Origin: Circinaria calcarea
Lineage: Eukaryota
Direction: 5' to 3'
NCBI GenBank assembly: GCA_051942165.1
Contig: JAVECS010000002.1
Coordinates: 1 to 64,000, forward strand
Length of the DNA stretch: 64,000 bases
The notes under the pieces were generated by a model. It was not told the origin of the DNA. It worked only from the letters and a program-made list of their open reading frames with translations, and searched no databases. The position numbers and the translations under genes are program-made. Every line of letters starts with the position of its first letter. Within the stretch, counting starts at the first letter, position 1. Below, piece by piece: positions 63,201 through 64,000 of the stretch.

Positions 63201-64000
63201 CTGTCTGAGCAGTTTCATACGTTTCCGCAGAAGCTTCTTCTGATATGAATGGCTACAGCATATAAATAACCTATGGATGTCATGGTACCCTCGGTTACTC
63301 GTACCCAATTGAACGTTGCGTTGTGGCTTCGACATCTGGTGGGTCAAGAACTAGACCATCGGCCTCCTTCGTTGAATACGAATTTGAAGATTTGACATAT
63401 GAAGAACAAATGCAAAGGTCCCTTTCTCTACTCATCCAAATGACTTACGTATTCTGCCTGTCTTCTTTTCAGTGTGTCCAGCTTCGTCCACGTCAGATCT
63501 CTTCTGACAAAGTACCTGCTTCTTTGGTGTGCTTACAATTATGATTCTAATACTTTTGACTAAAGTGGTAACTCATGCTAATGCTCACTGTCATACTTGA
63601 CGGCTGTGGTGGCGGCCAAGCCACCTCGAGTGGCAAAGATGACGAATATCGCCACTGTAGTACAACTTGTGAGTAATCACACGGAAGGAAATAACTTGGA
63701 ATTCCATTACGAGACTCCAGAGTATACTCGGGGTGGCGCGCGATGCTGAGTCTTTTGACGCTCGAGAATGATATCGACGACGACATGATAGACTTAATTT
63801 GGAAGTCGCCGAAATCGGGCCGACTCTGCCGGTTCGAACCGCTCACAGTCATTCGTGGCTGAAATTCCTATCACCCCTTAAGTGGCGACATAAAAATTCT
63901 ATCGCCATTTAGTTCAGAGATAACAGTATTGCCACGACACCACTTCGGAGACGTGACGAGGGAATTGGTCAACAACTAAATTCGCCACAAATATTACGAG

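Noticed and set aside
1..64000. tRNA, rRNA, CRISPR array, intact transposase or Starship captain
   Set aside because: No cloverleaf, rRNA signature, repeat-spacer array or DDE/RT/tyrosine-recombinase ORF recognised

Overview
Fungal (Pezizomycotina, filamentous ascomycete) nuclear DNA with short GT..AG spliceosomal introns carrying CTRAC-type branch points. It splits into two compartments. About 0.6-48.1 kb is a gene-dense housekeeping block: GT8-like protein, Prp38, Vms1/ANKZF1, BAR-SH3 protein, DUF2439/Mte1-like, ApsA/Num1, Cwc24, Ku70, ferrochelatase, a small conserved protein, SLC35F transporter, MFS transporter, Psy2/PP4R3, a Cid1-family nucleotidyltransferase and a single-TM protein. About 48.6-64 kb is accessory-looking. 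It opens with a G-run-rich tract and degenerate telomere-like AGGGT(T/C)A repeats. It then holds a HeLo-like/NACHT/ankyrin NLR with a recent 99-bp repeat duplication and two C-terminal lesions, a C2H2-finger + Est1/SMG6-type protein followed by a degraded membrane-protein ORF, and a decayed cytochrome P450. Other oddities: a possibly recoded TAG near the ApsA C-terminus, an array of palindromic ~22-nt motifs ending in CTAG|T at 17.6-17.9 kb, and many AAG 3' splice sites. Gene models were spliced by eye and product names come from recognised motifs; no database search was run.
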